From positions 24,751-88,750 of IMG/VR virus record IMGVR_UViG_3300047476_001680: a DNA stretch of 64,000 nucleotides. One strand, 5' to 3'. The notes under the pieces were generated by a model that saw only the letters and a list, made by a program, of their open reading frames with translations, was not told the DNA's origin and did no database searches. This DNA is from a virus. Of the stretch, positions 39,801 to 46,482 are shown piece after piece (position 1 is the stretch's first letter; every line of letters begins with the position of its first letter). Made by a program: the position numbers and the translations under genes.

Positions 39801-40342
39801 AGCGTGATGTCAGGGTTTACCTGTGTCTCGTCTGACCCAAACAGATAATAGTTCAGCGTGGAATTTAAATTGGGTGTGAAGGTTTTTTCTAGATCTACTT
39901 CGTTGGCAAAAACGTCCACTGCGTCAGGACCATTGGGGACCCAGTAGTACTCATTGAAGTTGACGAAAGCATCTAGATTTATCTTGGGGTCGTAACTATA
40001 AGATTCTCCAGAAAATAATTTATTTGGGTCTTGTGCACTGCCACCGTAATACTGTATTTTTTGCAGTAGTTCTGGGTATGTTACGTGGAAGTCTACTTGT
40101 TGTGTTTCTGGGTCAACGACTACTACACTTGGCTCAAGTTGATAGTCAGCTCTATCAATACTAGGCTCAATTAGATATTCATTTATATTTTTAAATCCCG
40201 GACTGCTCTTACGTCCCACGTACCCATTGATAGGGGTAAGATTGGCGTTGGTGGTCAGCTGATCCAGTGTGGCATTTAAAAATTTCTTGTTTGTTTCAGT
40301 CTGGAAGACTGATGGCAAAAGATCTAATGTTCTAGTTATCAT
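27875..40342 (-). CDS. Giant baseplate wedge / adsorption protein, 4155 aa (gp7-like position)
   Basis: Follows gp6. Contains propeller-like repeats (FGHSITIS, FGWSVATS, YGYSVDI, FGYTIAI), DGGSGY..PP repeats and a C-terminal INGERI...IRRGTLGT motif. Confidence 0.75.
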   Translation of the reverse strand: MITRTLDLLPSVFQTETNKKFLNATLDQLTTNANLTPINGYVGRKSSPGFKNINEYLIEPSIDRADYQLEPSVVVVDPETQQVDFHVTYPELLQKIQYYGGSAQDPNKLFSGESYSYDPKINLDAFVNFNEYYWVPNGPDAVDVFANEVDLEKTFTPNLNSTLNYYLFGSDETQVNPDITLARGGTYTFEVNQNSEGFWIQTEQGTTGFKVTDPTISTRSILGVTNNGESQGTITFNVPLKNDQDFYLNLPEVDIPDDLTLYATPLKFTQVYNQTLDNVVELFGGIDGVQKFEQLDNNLLVFGQVYNNVNDWIPSGIFDEVGTTFDSLGFDEPSDDLPLTLDVVTNDYAVTLANRYDIWRMNLEDIGDGQYRFKLSYYADIASLNKITVTGGQTLRSTSWYKTTTQTLESVPIITANLDRLYYQNGSREGAWGYIRIIDVENNIINVENDILSRTYYTSPNGVKFTNGLKVRFDASAQSSTYSEREFYVDGVGKGIRLTAVDSLIVYDSDPVDITVPDYITINRSSTDFNPWSKNNRWFHQQVLFDTARYNNTNVELTQAIKARRPIIEFIPDIKLFNSGYIGLQPVDIVDQIHERPFVAIQGQPVAYDNAGTKFEDGMRVIFTRELDPEARKKVYRVAFIDTDINTFNPAPVINLIEETDVVVPFSSVRATQSSNNGKYFWWDGVDWNEGQQKLNVNQAPRFDVYDANGISFGDLDYYPINNSATAFNGSTIFSYKIGAGANDSVLGFPLSYKNLITSGDIVFENTFENETFNYVIDGVTYTQKIGLGTLQEFSTGELRKLIPWRKVNEPTSQFQSIPYIYDGTDNVFRVDVLMEDSITRKNLRVLVNFKEITADYYTVTDLIGNKHDITIDSELIKQGDRIDINFYSKSQSQLGFYIIPENLNYNAQNFIVNEITLGQMRGHATNLAQSTVDLTGEFPGVNNSRDIDFNTGVGTILQHANPVSLPALFLSSEKYNFVDSVRYAEKEYSRFRHKFLSMAITEPYLDLESPIVAVDKILSQINSVKDNSFPWFASDMVPYGSDKNIITYYVLDTARRSYLLSEIFNPTVLSNKAVIIYYNKTQILLGRDYEFLESSPAFRFLDNFELTVGDRITIFEYTNTDGCYIPETPTKLGLWPKFTPEIFDDTSYLSGTVKMIRGHDGSVTPAFNDFRDDLVLELERRIYNNIKVSYTSTSVDMFATKPGRFRKELNRDYTLEQIEFALSKNFLNWAGALGLNFTSNDTYDVDNPYTYNYGGAGDVLDNQALPGSWRACFQYFYDTEAPNLRPWEMLGFSEEPLWWQDQYGPAPYTSDNTLLWEDLEAGAIRDGITVQYDARFVRPGLSNIIPVDNQGNLLPPLGLLTNSYNEQDFDKPWVSGEWGRIETAWRKSVNYPFACQILSAVINPAEYFSLGVATDIYRYDEVLNQYVVEGTNRCITQNDIKINGYIDSAGTITRGAGYINWLAERQTGLGVVDKTPLKSFIENYSIQLSYRMAGFSDKSRIKVIAEQYSPNSLNQGVVIPDDDYKLFVNKSQPILTPTYSAIIVEKTTSGWSLRGYDVSQPYFTVAVPAPSANSYPIRVLKETVTYPTIFQNTIQDVPYGTEFKTAQDVCDFIAGYERGLVSQGFKFTKFREDLGKVGDWALSIEEFLFWIQQGWSVGSILVLSPVANTLEFENSATVVDKISNDPWNSRVVDQNFKTLNYDAYSISRVGNNCNIILDNNQSMIALAKLNTVQYEHAMVFNNKSQFNDVIYDPATGQRQFRVKLVGSKTQDWTGSFEIPGFVYNRETVPGWTSGTDYRRGDLVEYKNFYYAAKDNIVANDEFKFTEWLPVDKSRIKTGLLNSFGTMAGLAENYYDIDTVTDDNIFDQYSLGLIGYRNRSYLDNLGINDTSQVKFYQGFIREKGTKRAIDALKQLSFEDNTSNITLHEDWAFKVGEYGSLDTNRYIEIQLQEQYLKNNPASLVIGANGSALYSETYTNKNSVYKTSTHTLEFPIFLDRNESSDYDEDIQSVGFAKIDEIDVKVFDLGSTLLTQEQLDILDVGKTLWCAKNYKQVWDIYEVTNTEVFTVNITNSLGGQLTVTTSDKHNFAKENIIILNGIDNFSGLYEIKSVTDDTNFVIEYTGDFDLTGFIGAEVDFVKILKLSSIKFRYLSEVPSRKLQWTPSTKIYIENGNQADEWSIYEKSEPWVLENNLKQSVLSNQGYLGSSLSLSSTGKYLTAGRPGTNSVTGNVVNFARNKYDQYIETGSITSNAKDLVGLGHDVANGDAIVIASAPYTKNNRGAVVVFDQDERGALAQRSIIASPVNTTSMFGHSITISDDDNWLYVGAPGEDKVYIYQFRDVDDESTSYTSAQVAVSSNSFTLPFTPAGQDFLVVQDREFIYTPYRDYTLAGNVLSFTFNINTAGNYGNLTVTQKSGYEYYANVSGNANSNFGWSVATSTDGRQLVAGAPADDVDGISRSGSISILDRSVERFYKTTSNVSFTVVSLHSLDNKNKVYVTGQLQTINVDYTVSGNTVSFITEPANGSTIEVESNNFELIGTKKGTDNVATDDQYGYSVDICPYNCSVYVGVPYFSSDNKFEVGRVYRLLNQSRVYGTIVGTVVNPTAVIGDTIRINDVVVEFTGTTLNNIVNDINNTRIPGITASNYNGYLKINSDAVIVADRLRVLPSTHSGTSPITYLGLDIFKDVEIIENPTATSYDRFGYTIAITDTSDGLVVGSPEAKTYKETTFDVYPALAETTPATKYFTDSTLDKLDQATTFDDGSTTFNDNFDSGAVWLMQYLSDSRQSIEYPGKFSLTQQLIPTDINVDFSTDIKFGSAVAVRGDSLFVGATQDSSSFTSTVNPQEYHGSVFYFKNNTGSKGWDQVESKQGRVDINSIVKAYLYNKDTNQVVYYLDYIDPIKGKILGQAEQELTYKTDYDPAVYNNSVRSDITLSQNFQWGREQVGQLWWDLGTVRYVDYEQGSIKYRTDNWGAQFEGSSIDVYEWVESDYPPSQYATLNGDGEVKYTDTYVSVNYIDTVTNLAVVKYYFWVKNKISVPQIASRKLSCLTVTDYIRNPKGSGIKYLAALRNDAVALFNIFEDVISDKIILHIDYASKINQDIIHREFSLLSPTGDKPANIPQVIYNKLLDSLSGVDVYDNIVPDAALPVQLKYGISNRPRQTMFVKREQAIANMVDYVNEVLKQTVVTRGFDLESISGGEPLPDITLGEYDLRCENNLEFGFVNPLTTPLGYRVLVVNDSTVGNHWALYENLRTDGWRLLRIQSYDVADYWEYTDWYAVGYSALTVPNFTIEATINLNDITSRLTTGDIIKIKNNGQNKWILLLVTDQDLRIIGIQSGTIQFKDNLYDYEKYGYSFDTGSFESSTFDRTPTVEMRTIVEALRNNIFINELSQKFTELFFVFVHYIFNEQKLVDWAFKTSFINIIHKVANLEELPLYRRNNQDNYKQYVEEVKPYRSTIREYVFNYEKTENNNLNVSDFDVVPYYDGELGLFRSPTSFATGGSVYPQDLDALNTSVNSYWKNNHDYYVSEVRVVDGGSGYADPPTITFSGSMTNDDARARALVANGSVTSVIVTYPGSGYYTTPNITLSFGGNAARLYPVLDNKTVRKIKTTLVYDRITYSSNVLTWSANTVFSENDIVTFNNVAYRVSTGFTSTSLFSSENLVELSGGDFDNANDRITAYYNPDIGRPGKNLALLQSGIDYPRVLLDSPYFSESGGFDVSSNEFDEDNFDAQARNEDGVFVFDEDLLDRIIDGGPPLANTAFDTSFSSNASVIEIDGGDYVDPYNSHSPEELVPGRMFDSVVMTITTANVDPLSSEYTNWYNSIGMTLDGVFIEDGGLGYTKDGISSVNVTVTSGNALVTATITTDGIILDNLGSIVGISISQPGLRYLDNPVITVTGGNLRPAIIYPRLSRPYWETTNNVFSYRIHKSIQSYKNLPRFTEIQDGEDIYRYYRADYVLDRTTLASDITANSNTIVVANSAVLSLPVNTPTSRIPGVIYINGERITFWNVDTATHTLSNIRRGTLGTGMASHSAGTVVYDMGANVDVVQGVDKADRDNIAFTRVNVAGVEFGKRFEGANFGPPITYTFTSVNNAVRTGVFNEQGYADSPILTESNVVVITEASLENITVETLANAPASNTGIFNSNTPYIRFIKGLTS

Positions 40343-40348
40343 TTTTTA

Positions 40349-43300
40349 CTAAGTTATTATTGTATTTAATGTACTTGAAGAAGTGCCCAGTTTAGTAGAT
40401 GTAATGCCGCTGATAATTTCTATATTGTCAATGGTGGCAACACTGATCAAGATCTCATTGGCCTCACTGCTTATCTGTTGAAGACTTCCATATATCTGAT
40501 CACTGGACTTGGGCACAATAATAATGCTACTAACATTGGGTGCCATAGATTGCTGTATGTAGGTGGCCAACTCAGTGAAATAAAAAGTATCACCAAAGTC
40601 CCAGTTACCCGAAGCAAAAAAGTTATTAATATACTTTAATACCTGTGTGCGTATCTCACTGTCACTTAAATTAATTCCAGTATTTTTAACTACCTTGAAT
40701 GTTGCTTGAAGTTCTGAACTAGCCCTGGGGCCGAACAGTGGCTTAAATTTCGCGCTGTTAAAAATCAAGGCGTCACTCACACTCTTATAATCTTCTAGAG
40801 TGCTAAATTGAAGCTTGAGCTCTTCGCTAGTTGGTCTACTAGGTTCTTGTATTAGATTATTACTGACATTAGTAGCCCAGACTCTATAGTCTGTTTCGTA
40901 CCCCTTGGTCAGTATGTAAAGATCGATGAGATTACTTGGGCTTGGGTCTATTCTACGACTGTTAAGTGCGTTGTGCCTGTACTGGAAATATAGGTCCCGT
41001 CGACCTGAGTAAAATTTGTATTGATAAAAATTGTTTTCGTCCAGTGTTACATCCAGTAATTCCCTTATTCCACTGCTATTAAGTGTAATTTGGTAAAACT
41101 TCCTGCCGGTGACATCCTCAGTGCTTGTGGTGAAAAATAACTGACCCACTACATATAAATTGATATCGGGTAAAATATCACTGCTTATGGCATAATCGGT
41201 GTTTACCTCTCCAGGATCAAGAGCAAGATAGTTAATAAAAGAAATATCACTAGTATCTCGTTCAAAAAATACTAGATCGTCCCCAACCACCATATCAAAA
41301 ATATCAGGATCGTCTGGCACCCCATCATCGTTTTTATCACTGTAGCTCACATAGACTTTACTGTTATTGACAAACCCGTCGCTGTCAATTACTTGACCAC
41401 GAACCCACCAATTAACATCGTGGTTCAACAAGGCAGTGCCCTGGGGATTCTTGTTAACCTGTAAAACTTTCACAGTGTCATTGACAGTGCGCCCGGTTAT
41501 TGGATCAAATATTTTAGTGGTTTCGTCATAATAAAACTTGGTGGCACGTAGACTGTCAAACCTATATCTCAGACCCCGAATTTCCACAGTATAAACTGTG
41601 CTTGTCAGTGTAAAGTTCAAAAGCCAGCTATTATCTTCCCCCAGGCCCTCACGTGTCTGTGAGAATATATAGTTACCTTGTGAGTCCACATCAGTGTTAA
41701 GATAGGATTTGGGTATAATTTTCCAAGCACCTTCAGTCTGATCAAAACGCAGGCCAAACTCACTGTAGTTGCTGATTTCTCTGATTAGGCTTTGGGTAAA
41801 CTCAGTGCTAAAAGTATTGTTATAGGCAGGAATCACTGTCTGTGCTATGGCGTCAGTGGGTATTATTTCACTGACGCTGATTGGGCCCAGACCTGTGTTT
41901 AATATTCCCTGCTCACCATTTCCTATTACATTGGTCACTGTGGCATAAATTGTGTCCTTGCCACCGTCAGGTATAATGCCTGAACTAGGTAACGGCATTA
42001 TTTTGTTTTGTGCGTTAAAATAATTTCCCGTGCCAGGAGAAAAAATCACTATGCAATTAACACCGATGTACTTGTTGCTACCTGTGACCAGTGATCCAAT
42101 TTGTTGTGGTAATCCCGCAGAATTTTTAAAATAACCAGTGCCACTACTACTGCCCACAGTAACCTGTTCCCAATATAAGTTATCTAAAGTAAACCTATTA
42201 AAATACTTGTAATAAAAATGCAGTAGTTCCTTGGCCTTGATCTTGGGTAGGATTTGATTTTGAATTACTTTATTAATATCTACTGTGGTACTGAAACTAA
42301 AAGTAATACTGTTGTCAATGACATCCTCTTTGATTAAGATACCATCTTCGTTAAAAATATTGGTAGAACTGTATCTGCCAGTGGTGTCCGCTGTGTCAAG
42401 AAATCGACTAGTGCCGCTACTGGTTCTGTTGACTGCTTTAATTTTACTAATACTGCTAAAATTAGCATAGGGGAATGTGTTATAGTCTTCCGCAGTGACC
42501 ATACGGTTCTGCGTATAGTATTGTTGCGGTGCGCGAGCTCTAATTTCATCAGTGGTTTCCGCTGCCAGGGCGTTGGCCACCGTGTACTTTAAACTAGCAG
42601 TGATGGTCAGTGTCTCTGGTCTACCAGTGGCACTGACGTAGGGAATGTTTAGACTGATGTTTTGCATTTCGCTGGGCACAATTTTGTAAGTAGTTCCCGA
42701 ACTCTGTCTATAAAATGCAGTAAAATTTCCCTGTGGTATACTGGCAAAGGTTCCATCACCGAAAATTAAATCAATCTGGTCACTTGTCTTGGTAGTGACC
42801 TGATAGCTCTTTTTAGCGGCATTACTGTTATAGATAATATTAGGTGCTTGTACTGCCAGGACCTGATTCCACTCATTGGTAAGCACATTGTTGGCATTAC
42901 GTTCAAACAACCAGACGTCATCATTATTGATGTTGTCAGCATTAATATTGATAACATTATTGGGTATGCTTTCTATAATAGAAAAATTAGTGCTATTTAG
43001 AACACCCTGTTTAAAATATAAGAAAAACCCGGTATTATTACTGGCGTTGCCTTGTCCGTCATTGCGATAAAGAATATTAAAAACTTGTCCTAGACGTGGG
43101 CTAACCTCATAGATATAGGATTTGTTTACGCTGGTGGCGCTGACAAATTCAAAAGGCAGTGGAGTTCCTTCAATTTCGCTGTCAAAAGCAAATACTGGTA
43201 GAATATCGCTGGGAGTATTAATATTGTACTCGCTGTTCACAATACCACCAATGGTTTGTGTATTACTGGGGCGGCCTACCTTTTGACCCGAAATAAGTGC

Positions 43301-43786
43301 TGCATTCACGACGATAATAAATTGCTCGTACCAGTTAACATTAGTATTGTCATTCCAGAATATACTTAGATTAGTTAGGTCGTTGCCCTCGTTGTCTCTC
43401 AGAGGCTCGGTAGTACGAATACTTTCAAATTTTAAAAATCCCTGTGCTGCTTTGTTGCGCTTGGGTGCGTAGCTAATTAACTTAGCTAGTTTTAGGACAC
43501 TTTCGCGACGTTCGGCAGTGTCAATGAAGTTTTCTCTGGCATTGAGATCAGTCCTAAACGCAAGACTCTGACCGAGGTAGGCTATCATATCAATCAGCGC
43601 AATAAACTCGCTGCTCTCAATGAAGTCATTGAAGTCCTCGGGGTAGTAAAGTTGCAGATATTCTATCATTGATTTTCTAAGAGTTTGATAGTCATAACTC
43701 TGAAAATCAGCATTTCTAAAACTTTCGTAGACTCTAGTCCAATCTTGATTCACTAGTAGACTGTTTTGTCTTGTAGTATTTGCCAT
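40349..43786 (-). CDS. gp6: Baseplate wedge protein gp6
   Basis: DFNDFIESS, FIDTAERRESVLKLAKLISY and ETTDEIRARAP...QNRMVTAEDY. Confidence 0.88.
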   Translation of the reverse strand: MANTTRQNSLLVNQDWTRVYESFRNADFQSYDYQTLRKSMIEYLQLYYPEDFNDFIESSEFIALIDMIAYLGQSLAFRTDLNARENFIDTAERRESVLKLAKLISYAPKRNKAAQGFLKFESIRTTEPLRDNEGNDLTNLSIFWNDNTNVNWYEQFIIVVNAALISGQKVGRPSNTQTIGGIVNSEYNINTPSDILPVFAFDSEIEGTPLPFEFVSATSVNKSYIYEVSPRLGQVFNILYRNDGQGNASNNTGFFLYFKQGVLNSTNFSIIESIPNNVININADNINNDDVWLFERNANNVLTNEWNQVLAVQAPNIIYNSNAAKKSYQVTTKTSDQIDLIFGDGTFASIPQGNFTAFYRQSSGTTYKIVPSEMQNISLNIPYVSATGRPETLTITASLKYTVANALAAETTDEIRARAPQQYYTQNRMVTAEDYNTFPYANFSSISKIKAVNRTSSGTSRFLDTADTTGRYSSTNIFNEDGILIKEDVIDNSITFSFSTTVDINKVIQNQILPKIKAKELLHFYYKYFNRFTLDNLYWEQVTVGSSSGTGYFKNSAGLPQQIGSLVTGSNKYIGVNCIVIFSPGTGNYFNAQNKIMPLPSSGIIPDGGKDTIYATVTNVIGNGEQGILNTGLGPISVSEIIPTDAIAQTVIPAYNNTFSTEFTQSLIREISNYSEFGLRFDQTEGAWKIIPKSYLNTDVDSQGNYIFSQTREGLGEDNSWLLNFTLTSTVYTVEIRGLRYRFDSLRATKFYYDETTKIFDPITGRTVNDTVKVLQVNKNPQGTALLNHDVNWWVRGQVIDSDGFVNNSKVYVSYSDKNDDGVPDDPDIFDMVVGDDLVFFERDTSDISFINYLALDPGEVNTDYAISSDILPDINLYVVGQLFFTTSTEDVTGRKFYQITLNSSGIRELLDVTLDENNFYQYKFYSGRRDLYFQYRHNALNSRRIDPSPSNLIDLYILTKGYETDYRVWATNVSNNLIQEPSRPTSEELKLQFSTLEDYKSVSDALIFNSAKFKPLFGPRASSELQATFKVVKNTGINLSDSEIRTQVLKYINNFFASGNWDFGDTFYFTELATYIQQSMAPNVSSIIIVPKSSDQIYGSLQQISSEANEILISVATIDNIEIISGITSTKLGTSSSTLNTIIT

Positions 43787-43807
43787 ATGAAAAATCCAGT
43801 TATTTTA

Positions 43808-43815
43808 TATTTATC
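43808..43815 (-). promoter_or_regulatory. Late promoter GATAAATA upstream of gp6
   Basis: Octamer in an intergenic gap. Confidence 0.7.
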
Positions 43816-43835
43816 AGCCTAGAACACCCCAGGTT

Positions 43836-44207
43836 TTAGACAGAAGTAATGTTGTTGGTGCGGTTAAAATTGACCTTGAGTGTGTCTCTCTCATTGGTTC
43901 TAATATGAATTAAGTTTATTTCTATCTGGAACCCTTGTTCTGATTGTATTACGCTGACATTCTCGGCTGCTATTCTTGGATCGCTACCAATAATTCTATT
44001 GATATCGTTTATGATTTTGTTTTTAGTATCAGCATCAAAAGGTTCAAAGACCATATCGTGAATAATAGTGCCGTATTCGGGGTTCATTAGCTTTTCGCCC
44101 TTCCTAATATTAAAACTGTTATAAAGGTCTTGTTTCGCTAGTTCAAAATCAGTGACTCGAAATCTCTTTACACGATTAACTGTACTAAAACCCCTGTATT
44201 GTGCCAT
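43836..44207 (-). CDS. gp25: Baseplate wedge / sheath initiator gp25
   Basis: KGEKLMNPEYGT...FEP...DPRI motif of the GPW/gp25 family. Confidence 0.9.
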   Translation of the reverse strand: MAQYRGFSTVNRVKRFRVTDFELAKQDLYNSFNIRKGEKLMNPEYGTIIHDMVFEPFDADTKNKIINDINRIIGSDPRIAAENVSVIQSEQGFQIEINLIHIRTNERDTLKVNFNRTNNITSV

Positions 44208-44208
44208 T

Positions 44209-46482
44209 TTATGCTCCTAGTTTATTTTTACTTTCTGATGCTGCTGCCAGCTTGGGGGCACCGGCCTGCACAGCGTAGACACCGTTGGCATAATAATTGC
44301 CCACGCCAGTACCGTAAGCATCTGATGCATTGGATTTACCAGCATAAAACTTACTTGCATTTCCAGTGCCACCTAGATGCGAAGCTGATAGTAGTCCAGC
44401 CACTTCTTCCTTGGGAGTACTGTCTGTGATCACGCCCGTGCTCTTTAATCTTGTATAATTTGTCTGAGTATACTTGTACATAACATCTTCTTGAAGTTGC
44501 TTGTTATTAAGAAACTCGTCTCTACTGGCTGGCTTGCCTGGGCCACCCACCCAGACGCTGGGGTCTTTGAGTTGTGCTTCTGTAGTGCCGCGTTTAACAA
44601 GCCCTTGGTCTGCCAGAGCTGCTGCACCCATCTGATATTTGCCCACATACCCCAGTGAGTTGACAGTGTCATATTTTCCAGCACTTTCAGTGTATCCAGT
44701 CTGCCCGAAAAGTGCTTTGACTTCCGATTGCTCTAGATTGCCTATGCCACCCTTGGGCTCGGGCTGTCTGCGCAGGAAAGCTTCAGGTGCTTGTTTTTTA
44801 GGGTTAGAATACTTGGAAACATCAGGTTTCCCAGCACCGCTGCCAGTGCCACTACCGCCTCCTGAAACAGTGCCACCGGTACTACCTGAGCTAGACGATG
44901 TGCTAGAGTTAGTATTACTTGATGACGATGAACCTGCCTTTTTAGCATCTTGTTGATTTTGATAAACTTCCTGCGGATTAGTACTACTTGATGTGGAGTT
45001 ACCCGCGGCGGCTGCAGACTGTGATTGCGATTTATTGATACTTTCTAATTCTTGCAGAGTTTTTCTAGTGTAGGGTTCGTGAGTGGCAATATGTGTGTTA
45101 ATAGATTTAACTTTGCCAGGTACCTGATCCCAGGTATTATTAATGTATTCTGTTTCTGTAAGACTATTCTGCGGCAGTTTGTCTACCAGGGGAGCACTAG
45201 CATTGCCCCCACTGTTTATATTGACTGGGCCACCTAGTATGTTCATTGCACCACTGGAACTTATTACTCCCTTGCCACTGTTCATAATTAAACTGGAAGT
45301 ATTTGTGGTAATATAATCTTTGCCGTAGAGGTTAATACTATCGTCGCCTCTAATTTTAACGCTGGCAGTACTTTCTATATGCACACCATTCTTGCCGTAC
45401 ATACGTATGTAATCTGCGTTTATGTTTAAACTGTTGTCACTGTGAATTTGTATGGGCCCGTGACTACGCATATTGATACCCATAGCACTATAAACTATGA
45501 CTTCACCACCGGGACTTAGTTCCACCCAGCTATCACCACGTGCATTACTGATGTAGATAAATTCCTGATCTTCTTCATCGTACATCACTATTTGATGCCC
45601 TGCTGCACTGCGCCAGCGGGTCAGTTTACTTTTACCGAAGAGATCACCGTCATCCATCACAAAACTATGACCACCCTGGCGATTTTTAACATTAAAATCT
45701 TCGATGTTAAAATCGCCCTGTTCAATTTTAGTCCTCAACTGTTCATCGTTGGCTGGATCTGGTGTGGGTCTACCTGGAGTACTGACACCGAACACACCGT
45801 TAACGATATCTCTATTAGGTGTTGAGTTTAGTGGACCTCTTAAGGGGTCTCTGTCCAGGCCCTGATTTATGTACTGATCAGCCAAAAAGGGATTTATTGG
45901 TTTTTTATTTTTGAACCATCCAGGCGAAAATGCAGTGTTTTTGCTGTCGTTATATTCCCCTGTGGGATAATAACCCGCGGGCTTGACACGAGATTTCAAA
46001 TCGTCAGGTATGCTGTCAGCATCAATATTGGCCAGAGGTTCAGCTGCGTTGGCTGGTATCATACTCTTGCCCAGGAAATCACTCACACAGGCGAACCAAA
46101 AACCCTCGGAATTTTTCCCATTGGGGAAGCAACATAACACCTTGTTGCCAATGTCAGGCGGTGTCATAAACATACCATAACTTTGTCTGGTATTAGTATA
46201 GGTGTTTTTTCCTGATAATATGTCAGTGCCAGTGGTATGCCCCAGGAAGGGACTGGCATAGCGTACTGGGAACCAACCCTGCCTGTTGTTGGGGGCGTGA
46301 TTGCCCAGTCCATCAATATAGACAAAAAGAGACCCATTTCTACTAAAAGTGTCTATGTCCTTGACTATACCCACATAAATGTTACCCAGATTGGCGGGAT
46401 TAGTAACTGATTTGATACTATCTAGACTGGGTTTTGTACTGGTTACTTTGTTATTTGCCATATTAAATTGTAAATGATGCAC
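44209..46482 (-). CDS. Baseplate hub/tail spike, gp5-like, with a C-terminal lysozyme-like domain
   Basis: OB-fold-like N-terminus (PPDIGNKV), GHSFVMDD/GHQIVMYD beta repeats, Ser/Gly linker, then ESAGKY...YVGKYQMG. Confidence 0.75.
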   Translation of the reverse strand: MHHLQFNMANNKVTSTKPSLDSIKSVTNPANLGNIYVGIVKDIDTFSRNGSLFVYIDGLGNHAPNNRQGWFPVRYASPFLGHTTGTDILSGKNTYTNTRQSYGMFMTPPDIGNKVLCCFPNGKNSEGFWFACVSDFLGKSMIPANAAEPLANIDADSIPDDLKSRVKPAGYYPTGEYNDSKNTAFSPGWFKNKKPINPFLADQYINQGLDRDPLRGPLNSTPNRDIVNGVFGVSTPGRPTPDPANDEQLRTKIEQGDFNIEDFNVKNRQGGHSFVMDDGDLFGKSKLTRWRSAAGHQIVMYDEEDQEFIYISNARGDSWVELSPGGEVIVYSAMGINMRSHGPIQIHSDNSLNINADYIRMYGKNGVHIESTASVKIRGDDSINLYGKDYITTNTSSLIMNSGKGVISSSGAMNILGGPVNINSGGNASAPLVDKLPQNSLTETEYINNTWDQVPGKVKSINTHIATHEPYTRKTLQELESINKSQSQSAAAAGNSTSSSTNPQEVYQNQQDAKKAGSSSSSNTNSSTSSSSGSTGGTVSGGGSGTGSGAGKPDVSKYSNPKKQAPEAFLRRQPEPKGGIGNLEQSEVKALFGQTGYTESAGKYDTVNSLGYVGKYQMGAAALADQGLVKRGTTEAQLKDPSVWVGGPGKPASRDEFLNNKQLQEDVMYKYTQTNYTRLKSTGVITDSTPKEEVAGLLSASHLGGTGNASKFYAGKSNASDAYGTGVGNYYANGVYAVQAGAPKLAAASESKNKLGA

